From a virus (lineage: Duplodnaviria > Caudoviricetes), in IMG/VR virus record IMGVR_UViG_3300037044_000046, positions 1 through 34,986 of that record: a DNA stretch of 34,986 nt, one strand, 5' to 3'. The first letter of the stretch is position 1. Each line of letters starts with the position of its first letter. The notes under the pieces were generated by a model that saw only the letters and a list, made by a program, of their open reading frames with translations, made no database searches and had not been told where the DNA came from. A program made the position numbers and the translations under genes. Shown here piece after piece: positions 26,552 through 34,627 of the stretch.

Positions 26552-26628
26552 TGCTATAATAGGGACGGGCGGGGAGATTTCCCGTCGCCCTGCCCCTAAC
26601 CCCCACCGGCACCGCGGTGGGGGTTTTC
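26552..26628 (+). ncRNA. Candidate short antisense RNA unit
   Basis: TGcTATAAT extended -10, a hairpin, then terminator CCCCCACCG/CGGTGGGGG-TTTT. Confidence 0.45.
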
Positions 26629-26639
26629 TATTGCCGCAG

Positions 26640-26846
26640 TTATAATTCCAGCGGCAGGCCGCTCACGTTAATCTCGATGCGATTCACCAAACTGGTGTTG
26701 CGATTAACAATAAGCTCTTTACGGATGATGCCGTTATCGCCCGGCTCGGTTTGTTCTATCTGCACCTCCAGCAGGCTACGCAGCTCGCGCACCACACGTT
26801 CTACGTTGTTTTGTTCTCCCGAAATACTGATGGTGATAATATTCAT
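26640..26846 (-). CDS. Hypothetical protein
   Basis: 68 aa; ATGA overlap. Confidence 0.65.
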   Translation of the reverse strand: MNIITISISGEQNNVERVVRELRSLLEVQIEQTEPGDNGIIRKELIVNRNTSLVNRIEINVSGLPLEL

Positions 26847-27091
26847 TGGCGGTTTACGTCCTCCCAGGCATTGGTCAGTTCAATAAAAACAAAAATCTCA
26901 AAAAGCAATTCCAGGGCCAGGGCCTTGCCCAGATTGTGATGGCCGTGTTGCAGCGCCGCCTGGGCGGCGCTGATGGCCGGCACTTTGGCCGCGGCGGCTT
27001 CCAGGCATTGACGTTGCAGGTTCATCCGCTGGTTATGTTCCATCCGGGCCATTGCCCGGCGCACCAGGCGCAGTTTTTGGCAGGTGTTCAT
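26843..27091 (-). CDS. Hypothetical protein
   Basis: 82 aa; ATGA overlap. Confidence 0.6.
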   Translation of the reverse strand: MNTCQKLRLVRRAMARMEHNQRMNLQRQCLEAAAAKVPAISAAQAALQHGHHNLGKALALELLFEIFVFIELTNAWEDVNRQ

Positions 27092-27999
27092 TTTGATTGC
27101 GCCCGATTCTGGATGGTGGCTATCCGCTCCATTTGATCACGTTGCGGGCGTTGGTCGCCGCCGCCCACATAAATGACCCGGCTGGTGGAATCTTTCATCC
27201 GGCTGAACAGGTAGCCGAGGTCATCGTCCATTTCATCCGGGGAGGCGTTCATAGCCAGCACGGTGCCCAGTTCGCCCTGGTTGCGGTAGCGGTAATCGAA
27301 CAGGCGATAGGTTTGTTCCCGGGTCCAGTTCTTTAAATCGGCCTTGTCGATTTCATCAATGACCAGCACCGGGATGCGGCTGACGTGCTCATAAAATTTT
27401 TCAACCGTGCCCTGGCCAACGGCGTGGCGGTACTGGCTGACCAGATCGGGCATGGTGAAATATTGGGCCTGGCCGCCCAACTGATTCACAATGGCGGCCA
27501 GCAGGTGGGTTTTACCGGGGCCGTATTCACCCCACAAAGTGAGCCAGCGCCGCGGTTCCCGGCAAAATTCCACGGCGGCATTGTAGGCGGCCCGGTTTTG
27601 GTCGGTGACTGCATAGTTGCTCAGGGTCTTTTTGCGCAAATCGCCCTCCAGTTGGGTTTGCAGTTTGGCCTTATCGGCCAGTTTTGGCTCGTTGCATTCC
27701 GGGCACGGGCTTAATTTGCTCAGGGCGTTATCGCCGCCAACCTCACGGCGCACGTAGCCGGGTTCATCGGGCGGAAAACCGCAGACCGGGCAGGCATCAG
27801 GCAGGCGAAAGGCCCGGACTGTTAATAAGGTGCTGTTCGATTCTGTTGAGCCGTTCGTCAAAGGTGCCGGAACCTGGGGCAAGCCCGTGCTGGTGTTCAA
27901 GTTTTTCAATTTCGCTTTCAAATCCGCTATCTTTTCCGGCGGCCAGTTCCGAACCATCCGGTTTATGAGCGCGTCCATTGCGGCTGTTTGATCGTCCAT
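27088..27999 (-). CDS. DnaC/IstB-like helicase loader ATPase
   Basis: CPVC...CPEC, Walker A GEYGPGKT, Walker B VLVIDEID, DYRY, SRM, G.DQR. Confidence 0.92.
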   Translation of the reverse strand: MDDQTAAMDALINRMVRNWPPEKIADLKAKLKNLNTSTGLPQVPAPLTNGSTESNSTLLTVRAFRLPDACPVCGFPPDEPGYVRREVGGDNALSKLSPCPECNEPKLADKAKLQTQLEGDLRKKTLSNYAVTDQNRAAYNAAVEFCREPRRWLTLWGEYGPGKTHLLAAIVNQLGGQAQYFTMPDLVSQYRHAVGQGTVEKFYEHVSRIPVLVIDEIDKADLKNWTREQTYRLFDYRYRNQGELGTVLAMNASPDEMDDDLGYLFSRMKDSTSRVIYVGGGDQRPQRDQMERIATIQNRAQSK

Positions 28000-28903
28000 T
28001 GGCTTTTTTCCTCCTTTCGCGGGATTTGCGGCCAATCCAGTCGGTCATTACGGTGCGGAAATAGGTTGACGGATTGGCGGCTTTATTAAGGCCGGTTTCC
28101 TGAATGGCGGCCAGCACCCAATCAATCGGGCGCTCTTTAGCGGCAGCGGCTATGGTGGTCAATTCCTGGTCGTCCAGGTAATCACCGATAAGATCACCTA
28201 CTGCGGCGTCAATATCGCCAAAATATTTGCAATATTTGGCGGCGGCGGCGGCAAAGTCCACATCCGCCGGCGGGTCAACTATAGTTGACGGTTTCCTCTT
28301 TCCGTCAACCTGAGTTGACAATAGCCCCCTACCGTCAACTATAGTTGACGGTAGCGCCGTATAAGAAGAAGATGACGAATCTAAAGTATTTATATTAGAT
28401 TCTTCTTCTTCATGCAGGGGTGCGTCAACTATAGTTGACGCGGGGGTGCAACTATAGTTGACGCGGCCAGGAATATTTTGGTGAGGGGTACACGAGCCGC
28501 TTGAAGCTCGCCCAGCCGGGTTGGGCTGGGGCCTGTGCGGAAAAGTCGCGTCCACCGGCTGAAAAGTCGAGGAGACCGGGAGGGCATCTATCGCCAAGTC
28601 GATAGCACGCGCCGGCACCAGTTGCCGGCGGCCATCGAGGGTAGCCGATTCCGCTACCAAGTCCCGCTGCTTTAAATCCTCGAGCAGCCTTCTCACGTAT
28701 TCCCGGCTGAGTCCACCCAATAGCGCACCCAGGTCGGCATTGGTACGGTCGCAGCCGCTATGTTGCTGCCAGTAGGCCAGGATCAGGTTATAAAGCCTGT
28801 AGGCCGGATGTTTCAAGGTTTGATCCAATAAAATATCCACCGATGATTTGATGTATCCGCGCGGCATGGCGGGCTCCGGGGCGTCTTTTCGTTTTCTGGG
28901 CAT
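27797..28903 (-). CDS. Replication initiator (N-terminal wHTH, internal iterons, DnaD-like C-terminus)
   Basis: TNADLGALLGGLSREYVRRLLEDL; upstream of the loader; origin repeats inside. Confidence 0.85.
   Translation of the reverse strand: MPRKRKDAPEPAMPRGYIKSSVDILLDQTLKHPAYRLYNLILAYWQQHSGCDRTNADLGALLGGLSREYVRRLLEDLKQRDLVAESATLDGRRQLVPARAIDLAIDALPVSSTFQPVDATFPHRPQPNPAGRASSGSCTPHQNIPGRVNYSCTPASTIVDAPLHEEEESNINTLDSSSSSYTALPSTIVDGRGLLSTQVDGKRKPSTIVDPPADVDFAAAAAKYCKYFGDIDAAVGDLIGDYLDDQELTTIAAAAKERPIDWVLAAIQETGLNKAANPSTYFRTVMTDWIGRKSRERRKKANGRSNSRNGRAHKPDGSELAAGKDSGFESEIEKLEHQHGLAPGSGTFDERLNRIEQHLINSPGLSPA
28274..28462. repeat. Replication origin: five palindromic iterons plus AT-rich segment
   Basis: GTCAACTATAGTTGAC at 28274, 28334, 28424; variants at 28304 and 28447. 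Confidence 0.85.
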
Positions 28904-28915
28904 CGGTGCGTCCTG

Positions 28916-29296
28916 TCAGTCGTCAAAAAAAGTTTTGTTATCGCCGTTCAGATCATACCCGGCGGAGCGGGTGAGAATAACCGGGCCGTTGGCCGAAAAA
29001 TCGGCTTTGGCCCAAATGGCCCGCACCCGCACGCTGAGCCACAAATCCATTATTTGCTGCCGCAGGGTTTCCACCTCGGCGGCCAGTTGCTGTTTTTTGG
29101 TTGCCGGGCCGCGCAAGCCGGGGTAGCCTAGAAATTCTTCGCCGTTGCCGGTGTCAATAGTTGAGAAGCGGCAATCGCAGGCAGTCAAGACGCACCGCCG
29201 GTAACGGAACACGCCCCGCCGTTGCGCTTTGGTAACATACGGTTTGGTGCCGGCTCCGCAGGCCGGGCAGGGGTAATCAAGCCGTTCTCGTTTCAT
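28916..29296 (-). CDS. Zinc-ribbon protein (Ogr/Delta- or NrdR-N-like), possible late activator
   Basis: CPACG...RYRRC....C.CRFST. Confidence 0.7.
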   Translation of the reverse strand: MKRERLDYPCPACGAGTKPYVTKAQRRGVFRYRRCVLTACDCRFSTIDTGNGEEFLGYPGLRGPATKKQQLAAEVETLRQQIMDLWLSVRVRAIWAKADFSANGPVILTRSAGYDLNGDNKTFFDD

Positions 29297-30080
29297 AGCC
29301 TGCCCCGTTTTTGTGGATGATACCGGCGGTGCGCCATTCGTTGATTTTACCCGTGACCCAGGGGCGGCTGCGGCCCACATGGGCGGCCGCTTCGTCGTGG
29401 GTAGCGTTAGGGTTGTCAGCCAGCCAGGTCAGTAATCGTTGTTCTGCCTGCTGCTGATTACGGCGGCGGGCGGCCTGTAAACGGTCAGTATCCGGGTGTT
29501 GACCCTGGCTGACGCGCTCTGACCCCGGCGGCTGACGTTTGGCTGACATTGTTTGACGTTTGGCTGACATTTGGCTGACCACAGCCTGACGCCGATTCTG
29601 GTCATCTGAAAGCGCAATCACCAGCGCCGCCGCGCCGGAAAGCACCACAAACGCGGCCGGGGCCAGGGCGGTGGCCGGCGGATAGAACTCTATCACCAGC
29701 ACCAGCAAAAAAGCGGTCACGTAATAAACGGCGGCGGTGATGATATTCCATATCATCGGCGCGGGCGGGTCCGTTTTGCGCCGTTCCTGTTCCCAGGTGT
29801 AGGCCCGCAGCAGATTTTTCACGGCGGCCAGGCCCACAATTTCCAGGGCGGCGGCGGCAATCCAGCCCCAAACCGGCGGAGCCTGGAGATGCTCTACCAT
29901 GGCCCGCTGCACAAAATAAGCGGGCACCAGGGGGGTGAGCCACACCCCAATTTTGCTGGCCAGGGCCAGTAGGGTCGATTCTACAGCGTCGAATGTGTTG
30001 CGATTCATAAGCGCCTGTGCTATACTACGGCTAAGTGAGCTTGTTTGCAGCGGGTTCATTTCTGCCTGGCCCGGTTCCAT
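29277..30080 (-). CDS. Multi-TM membrane protein with C-terminal HTH (DUF2637-like layout)
   Basis: About 4 hydrophobic segments; NPNATHDEAAAHVGRSRPWV. Confidence 0.75.
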   Translation of the reverse strand: MEPGQAEMNPLQTSSLSRSIAQALMNRNTFDAVESTLLALASKIGVWLTPLVPAYFVQRAMVEHLQAPPVWGWIAAAALEIVGLAAVKNLLRAYTWEQERRKTDPPAPMIWNIITAAVYYVTAFLLVLVIEFYPPATALAPAAFVVLSGAAALVIALSDDQNRRQAVVSQMSAKRQTMSAKRQPPGSERVSQGQHPDTDRLQAARRRNQQQAEQRLLTWLADNPNATHDEAAAHVGRSRPWVTGKINEWRTAGIIHKNGAGYETRTA

Positions 30081-30102
30081 TGGAATCGGGCTTATTTTTT
30101 TT
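29998..30102 (+). ncRNA. Candidate antisense sRNA with its own promoter and terminator
   Basis: TTGCGA-17-TATACT with TG; hairpin GCCCGGTTCC/GGAATCGGGC then TTATTTTTTTT. Confidence 0.55.
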
Positions 30103-30300
30103 CAGGTGCATCAGCCGGGGCCGGTAATCCCGGCTTTTCTTTTCGATGAGGCTGGCCTTTGACTGCCCGGCTTTGGCCAGCACGATCACTTCCGGGTCCT
30201 CGGTGGCTTCGATGATGTCATCGCACAGATTATAGATGTCATCGGCCCAGGTAATCAGCGTATCCAGAAAATTAATGTCCTTGTCGATAGTCGCTACCAT
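30031..30300 (-). CDS. Hypothetical protein
   Basis: 89 aa from ATG 30300; RBS GGAGG. Confidence 0.65.
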   Translation of the reverse strand: MVATIDKDINFLDTLITWADDIYNLCDDIIEATEDPEVIVLAKAGQSKASLIEKKSRDYRPRLMHLKKNKPDSNGTGPGRNEPAANKLT

Positions 30301-30778
30301 AGGGAGCCTCCTCGGTGTGGCGGGTGCGCCGCAGGGCCGCGGCCCGGTGGCTGTCGCGGTACGCCTGCGCCCCCACCTTGACCGCGCCGCAGATGCCCAG
30401 GCCAAAGAACACGGCGGCCCAGGTATCTATATTGCCGTCCCATTGCAGATAGGGGATGGAAAAAACCACGGCGCTGAAATACTGCACGGTCCAGCGGTGG
30501 GCCTCGCGGCGCTCCCAGAGGTCATCAAACAACAATTGGTCAACCGGCAGCAGGTGGGTGAGCAGGCAAAATACAGTCAGCAGCGCCCAGGTTTGGGCGT
30601 GCCAGCCGGCAAACAATACCATGAGCAGGCCGGAGCCAAAGAGGGTGACATAGCCCAGCCGCCAGCGGGTGCTTTCGGGCCAGCCGGTGGCCCGCTGCGT
30701 TTCCAGCAGAATGACAATGGCCAGGGCCAGCCAGTAGGCAAAATTGGGGGCATTGAATAATAGATCGGGCTGGTTCAT
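30272..30778 (-). CDS. Multi-TM membrane protein
   Basis: About 5 hydrophobic segments; RBS AAGGGA. Confidence 0.7.
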   Translation of the reverse strand: MNQPDLLFNAPNFAYWLALAIVILLETQRATGWPESTRWRLGYVTLFGSGLLMVLFAGWHAQTWALLTVFCLLTHLLPVDQLLFDDLWERREAHRWTVQYFSAVVFSIPYLQWDGNIDTWAAVFFGLGICGAVKVGAQAYRDSHRAAALRRTRHTEEAPYGSDYRQGH

Positions 30779-30897
30779 GAGGTCACAAATCCCTTTTTTT
30801 GTGATACGCTGAAGGTAACAAACTGGCCCCAAAAGTGGCCGCTAGAGTTCACATAATCATACATTATATGAACTACACCGTTTTGGCCGGACAAAAG

Positions 30898-31221
30898 CTA
30901 GATAATCGTCAAGGCGGCGTTAAGGGCATCGAACTCCTTATATTCCAGGCCCAGGGCGTGAGCGCGGCGGGCGGCGTTAAGGAGCAGCGATTGGTAGTGC
31001 GCCGCAATGGCGGTGGTGGCTTCCAGTTCGGCGGTGACGCGGGCAAGCTCGGTTTTGGTTTCCATCCATTCGTCCAGAACCTTGCGGGTTTGGTCCCAGG
31101 CTTCGGCTTTTTCCCGCTGGGCCTGGGCCAGCCGTTCCCGGCAATCGGCCAGTTTGGTTTGAGCGTGAATCAAATCCAGAGAGGGTGTGATCACATAATC
31201 AACATCAGTATTGCCGTTCAT
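30898..31221 (-). CDS. Coiled-coil hypothetical protein
   Basis: 107 aa; RBS GGAGG. Confidence 0.65.
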   Translation of the reverse strand: MNGNTDVDYVITPSLDLIHAQTKLADCRERLAQAQREKAEAWDQTRKVLDEWMETKTELARVTAELEATTAIAAHYQSLLLNAARRAHALGLEYKEFDALNAALTII

Positions 31222-32305
31222 TGATGCCTCCGTTGGTGCGTTTTTTGGGCCGAAGTGTTGGAAGAAAAACCTCAACCGCGGCACGGGCACCGCGATCCAA
31301 TGGGTCTTCCAACACCTCGGTCACATAAATTTGAGTAATGGCTACAGTTTTATGCCCCAGCAGGTGCATAATCTCAAACAAATCAACAGTGCCGTTTTGT
31401 TTCATCATCCTGAAGCGCATCCGGCCGCCGGCGTGACGCAGACCGTGCAAATGGGCTTTATCAGAATGAACGCCGGCCCGGGCGGCGTATTTTTTTAACA
31501 GTTGGTTGACCATACTATTGGTAAGCGGGCCGGTGGAGGGACAGGTAATATGGGGCAGCCGGGTGGCTTTGGTGGGGTCAAGGGCCATAAAAATAAAATC
31601 ATCGGCGGCAATGGTCTTGAGCCGCCCGGCGGCGGAAAGATAATCCACAATCAGATCATAACAATGGCGGTGCAGCACCGCCTTTTTTATTTTGCCGCCC
31701 TTGGCCCGGTACACAAAAATATAATTGCCGTCGTGGCCGGGCTGAATATCGCCCCAGCACAGATTGAGAATTTCGGCGCTGCGGCGGCAGCTCACCAGAT
31801 AGGTGAGCAGCAGGGCCAGATCACGCTTGCCGCTGAGGCAGTTGGTATTGATGGCGCCCATAATGGCCTGGGCCTCGGCGGTGGTGGGGTATTTGCTGCG
31901 GCCAAAGGGGGAAATTTTGGCCCGTTCCACAATTCTGAACGGGTTGCGCTGGTCCACCGGGCGCAGATTGTACTGATCCTGGGCGAAGGCGTAAAAGGAG
32001 GATAAGGCGGCGAGTTTGAGGTTGACGGAAGCGGGCGAAAGTTTGCGCCCGGTGGCCGGATTTCCCTGACCGGCCAGGAGGGCGGCCCATTGCTGGGCCA
32101 ACCGGCCGGAAACATCCCACGGTTTGGCCTGGCACCAGGTGAAAAATTGCTGCCAGGCGGCGGCATAGGTGGCCGCGGTGTTCTCTGAGCCTGATTTGCG
32201 CCGTTTGGCATCAAGCCAGGCATTGTAAGCTTCCTTCCATTTGAGCCAGTCGGCCGTATCCGGCGCAAACACCGGGGCCTCAAGGATGGTTGGCGATGGG
32301 TTCAT
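31205..32305 (-). CDS. int: Tyrosine recombinase / integrase (Xer-like)
   Basis: SENT...Y, S.ASVNLKLAALSSFY; catalytic R (RSAE), K (KGGK), HGLRH, LGH, TQIY. Confidence 0.93.
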   Translation of the reverse strand: MNPSPTILEAPVFAPDTADWLKWKEAYNAWLDAKRRKSGSENTAATYAAAWQQFFTWCQAKPWDVSGRLAQQWAALLAGQGNPATGRKLSPASVNLKLAALSSFYAFAQDQYNLRPVDQRNPFRIVERAKISPFGRSKYPTTAEAQAIMGAINTNCLSGKRDLALLLTYLVSCRRSAEILNLCWGDIQPGHDGNYIFVYRAKGGKIKKAVLHRHCYDLIVDYLSAAGRLKTIAADDFIFMALDPTKATRLPHITCPSTGPLTNSMVNQLLKKYAARAGVHSDKAHLHGLRHAGGRMRFRMMKQNGTVDLFEIMHLLGHKTVAITQIYVTEVLEDPLDRGARAAVEVFLPTLRPKKRTNGGINERQY

Positions 32306-32316
32306 TTCTGCCCTGC

Positions 32317-32517
32317 TTAATTTAAGAAAATGGCGATCAAAGCATCGTCGGGCGGCAGGCCCCGTTCGGCGTCGATGATGAACACAGATTGAACAGGCAC
32401 GTTCGGTTCCTGCACCACGATCAAACTGCTGATGTAAACCTGCCGGCGGATGGTGGTGGGGTGAGGGCGGCTGGTGCGGAGGAATTTCCCGAAGTTCAAC
32501 AGTTTGCGCCAGTTCAT
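32317..32517 (-). CDS. Hypothetical protein
   Basis: 66 aa; ATGA overlap. Confidence 0.55.
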   Translation of the reverse strand: MNWRKLLNFGKFLRTSRPHPTTIRRQVYISSLIVVQEPNVPVQSVFIIDAERGLPPDDALIAIFLN

Positions 32518-32717
32518 GAGGCGGCCTGGGGCCGGGGAACCGGCCAGCGTTCCGGCTGCGGCTGGTGGCCGTTGCCGGTGGCCCGGCGGAGCCGTTCCTG
32601 CTCAATGCAGTAGCGAATTATCCAACTCACGCTGCGGTCATCCTCTGCCGCCCAATGAGCCACCAAATCTTTTATTTCGGTATTGGCTACAAAATGAATG
32701 GTGGTTGGTTCAGCCAT
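32514..32717 (-). CDS. Arc/CopG-type RHH regulator, first gene of the early operon
   Basis: TIHFV...EIKDLV..WA.EDDRSVSWIIR..I. Confidence 0.8.
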   Translation of the reverse strand: MAEPTTIHFVANTEIKDLVAHWAAEDDRSVSWIIRYCIEQERLRRATGNGHQPQPERWPVPRPQAAS

Positions 32718-32769
32718 TTAATTCTCCGTGTTATTTCGAAAGGATAAAATGTTCCGTGTACGTGACGGT

Positions 32770-32799
32770 ATAATACCACAAGATGACGACCGTTGTCAA
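32770..32799 (-). promoter_or_regulatory. Early promoter with overlapping near-palindromic operator
   Basis: TTGACA-18-TATTAT with TG; TGACGACCGTTGTCA at 32784-32798. Confidence 0.75.
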
Positions 32800-33084
32800 T
32801 ACAATAGGACATAATAAACCTTAAAAATGACAAAGTTTCTGGTACATTTAATTTGTGGTGGTGTCGTCACTGGCGGCGGCTGCGCCGCAGACGGTGCCGG
32901 GGCAATTGGCCGGGCAGGGTGATACGGTGCTGGCGCTGCTGGCCCCGGCCGATACGGCCCGATTCGCCGGAAACCAGACGGCCCGGAAGACCCGTATGAG
33001 GGGCAGGTGCTGGTAAAGTCGGGCATCAAATATCTGGTGGTGTCGGCGGTGGGGGACTGGAAAATGACAATTGAGTAGCAAATA

Positions 33085-33169
33085 AATTTTACTACTACTC
33101 CAAAAAGGCCGGTAAAGCGGTAAAAATACAATTTCTACCGGCTTTTTGGGAGTAGAAGTAGTAAAAATT
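33085..33169. repeat. Imperfect ~30-bp inverted repeat
   Basis: TTTTACTACTACTCCAAAAAGGCCGGTA ... TACCGGCTTTTTGGGAGTAGAAGTAGTAAAA. Confidence 0.85.
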
Positions 33170-33310
33170 CAATAGCGGCGCTCGGAAGGGTAGTTTTCGG
33201 CGTCGCCGGGGCTGAAGAAGAAATAGATGTGAGTGAGTTTTCATAAGAAAATTATGTAAACTCTTTGGGCCTGCGGGCCGGGGTGCGTGATGTTTATCCG
33301 CACCGACAGG

Positions 33311-33339
33311 TTGACGTAACAGAATAAATGTGCTAAACT
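33311..33339 (+). promoter_or_regulatory. Late-arm sigma70 promoter
   Basis: TTGACG-17-TAAACT with TG. Confidence 0.8.
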
Positions 33340-33400
33340 AACCTAAATAAAGGGCAGTTGGAGTGACTGGGGAGCCATTCCAAACTGCCCTTTTGTTCTG

Positions 33401-33446
33401 TAGCCCTGGAAACTCCAACTGCCCTGAGTCCGGGGCTATTTTTTTT
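33401..33446 (+). terminator. Leader terminator / attenuator
   Basis: TAGCCCTGGA/TCCGGGGCTA stem plus T8, directly before the RBS GGAGG. Confidence 0.75.
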
Positions 33447-33456
33447 GGAGGTGACA

Positions 33457-33855
33457 ATGAGGCTTTTCACAATTCTGGTAATTATCGGGCTGGTGTGGCT
33501 GGCGTTGGTAATGCCCGCACACGCGCAGGAATTGCCGGGCACGGCGGCAGAAGGGATTGACGTGCTGGCGGCGCTGCTGGCAACGTTGGCCGGGCTGCTG
33601 GCCACCACCGTTATTGATGCCATAAAAAATTTATCATTTTTCACCGACGGTGAGCGCCAGAAAATTGCCGACGCCTATGCAAACTTAATATCTGTAATGG
33701 TCAGTGTACTCACCGGGTACGCCGTGGGCTACCTGGCCCACCTCGCGGGGCTGTTAGATTCATCGGGAATTTGGCAGCTCGTTTTATTTTCCTGGCCGGC
33801 GGCCAAGGGCTGGTTTGAAACGGGCCAACTGAGGCGGGCCATTGCCAAAAAATAA
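33457..33855 (+). CDS. Holin-like membrane protein
   Basis: Signal-like N-terminus ending AHA-Q, further TM segments, basic tail; first late gene. Confidence 0.55.
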   Translation: MRLFTILVIIGLVWLALVMPAHAQELPGTAAEGIDVLAALLATLAGLLATTVIDAIKNLSFFTDGERQKIADAYANLISVMVSVLTGYAVGYLAHLAGLLDSSGIWQLVLFSWPAAKGWFETGQLRRAIAKK

Positions 33856-33857
33856 TT

Positions 33858-34325
33858 GTGTCCAATGACGAAGCCAAAGCCATCTATCAATCCCTGCGCA
33901 ACCTCCAGGCCATCGTTGACGTGCTGGCCTGGATTGCCGGGCGTTATGACAAAATGATGGATTCGGTGGAGAAGCAGCAGGCCGTGGATGACGTGCTGCG
34001 GGAGCTGTCTGATTACCTGACCGGCAGTGTTGACCGGATTGATAGAATCCTGCTGCTGATATTGGACAGGCTCCCGGAGCGGAATGTCTCGCCCCGGATA
34101 CGGCAGGAAACCGATGCCCTGAAACGGGAAACCATCAGGAGCCGGATCAAATCAGTGCAGACCCAAATCATCCAGCATCAAAAGAATTTGAATTGGGCCG
34201 AAGAGCAGGGCGCACTGTATGGCCCGGAGTCAACTCTGGACATTACCAACAAAATTATTTGGGAGCGCGAGAAAATCCAGGAACTTCAGCAAGAAATTGA
34301 TTATCTCAAGCAGAATGGGGAATGA
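33858..34325 (+). CDS. Coiled-coil hypothetical protein
   Basis: 155 aa, helical. Confidence 0.7.
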   Translation: MSNDEAKAIYQSLRNLQAIVDVLAWIAGRYDKMMDSVEKQQAVDDVLRELSDYLTGSVDRIDRILLLILDRLPERNVSPRIRQETDALKRETIRSRIKSVQTQIIQHQKNLNWAEEQGALYGPESTLDITNKIIWEREKIQELQQEIDYLKQNGE

Positions 34326-34627
34326 TGGGAAAACCAAAATCAACAGACTACATGATGGACGCCGCAGCCAAAAAGCTGCGTAAATTGCATGATGTGATTG
34401 AGTGGTTGCTGGATCATTACCACCAACTGCCCGCCGACCTGTACAAATTTGTCGATAATGAGTACATCCCGTTCGATATACGGGAATACCTGTTTGACCT
34501 GACCCGGCAGGACTTTGCCAACGCCATCACCCCCACTGTGTTGTGGAGATCAATCGCCCGCGAAGAGGGCACCCTGGCCGATGGTATTACCACTGAATTT
34601 GAAAATGAGGAGAGCGATGCCGCATAG
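34322..34627 (+). CDS. Hypothetical protein
   Basis: 101 aa; ATGA overlap. Confidence 0.7.
   Translation: MMGKPKSTDYMMDAAAKKLRKLHDVIEWLLDHYHQLPADLYKFVDNEYIPFDIREYLFDLTRQDFANAITPTVLWRSIAREEGTLADGITTEFENEESDAA

Noticed and set aside
31205-32305. Integron integrase IntI
   Set aside because: Lacks the IntI-specific insertion (LP.AL.RKYP...W.W..FP) and lies about 6 kb from the array
32827-33060. Divergent repressor gene
   Set aside because: Only short ORFs with no HTH pattern or good RBS
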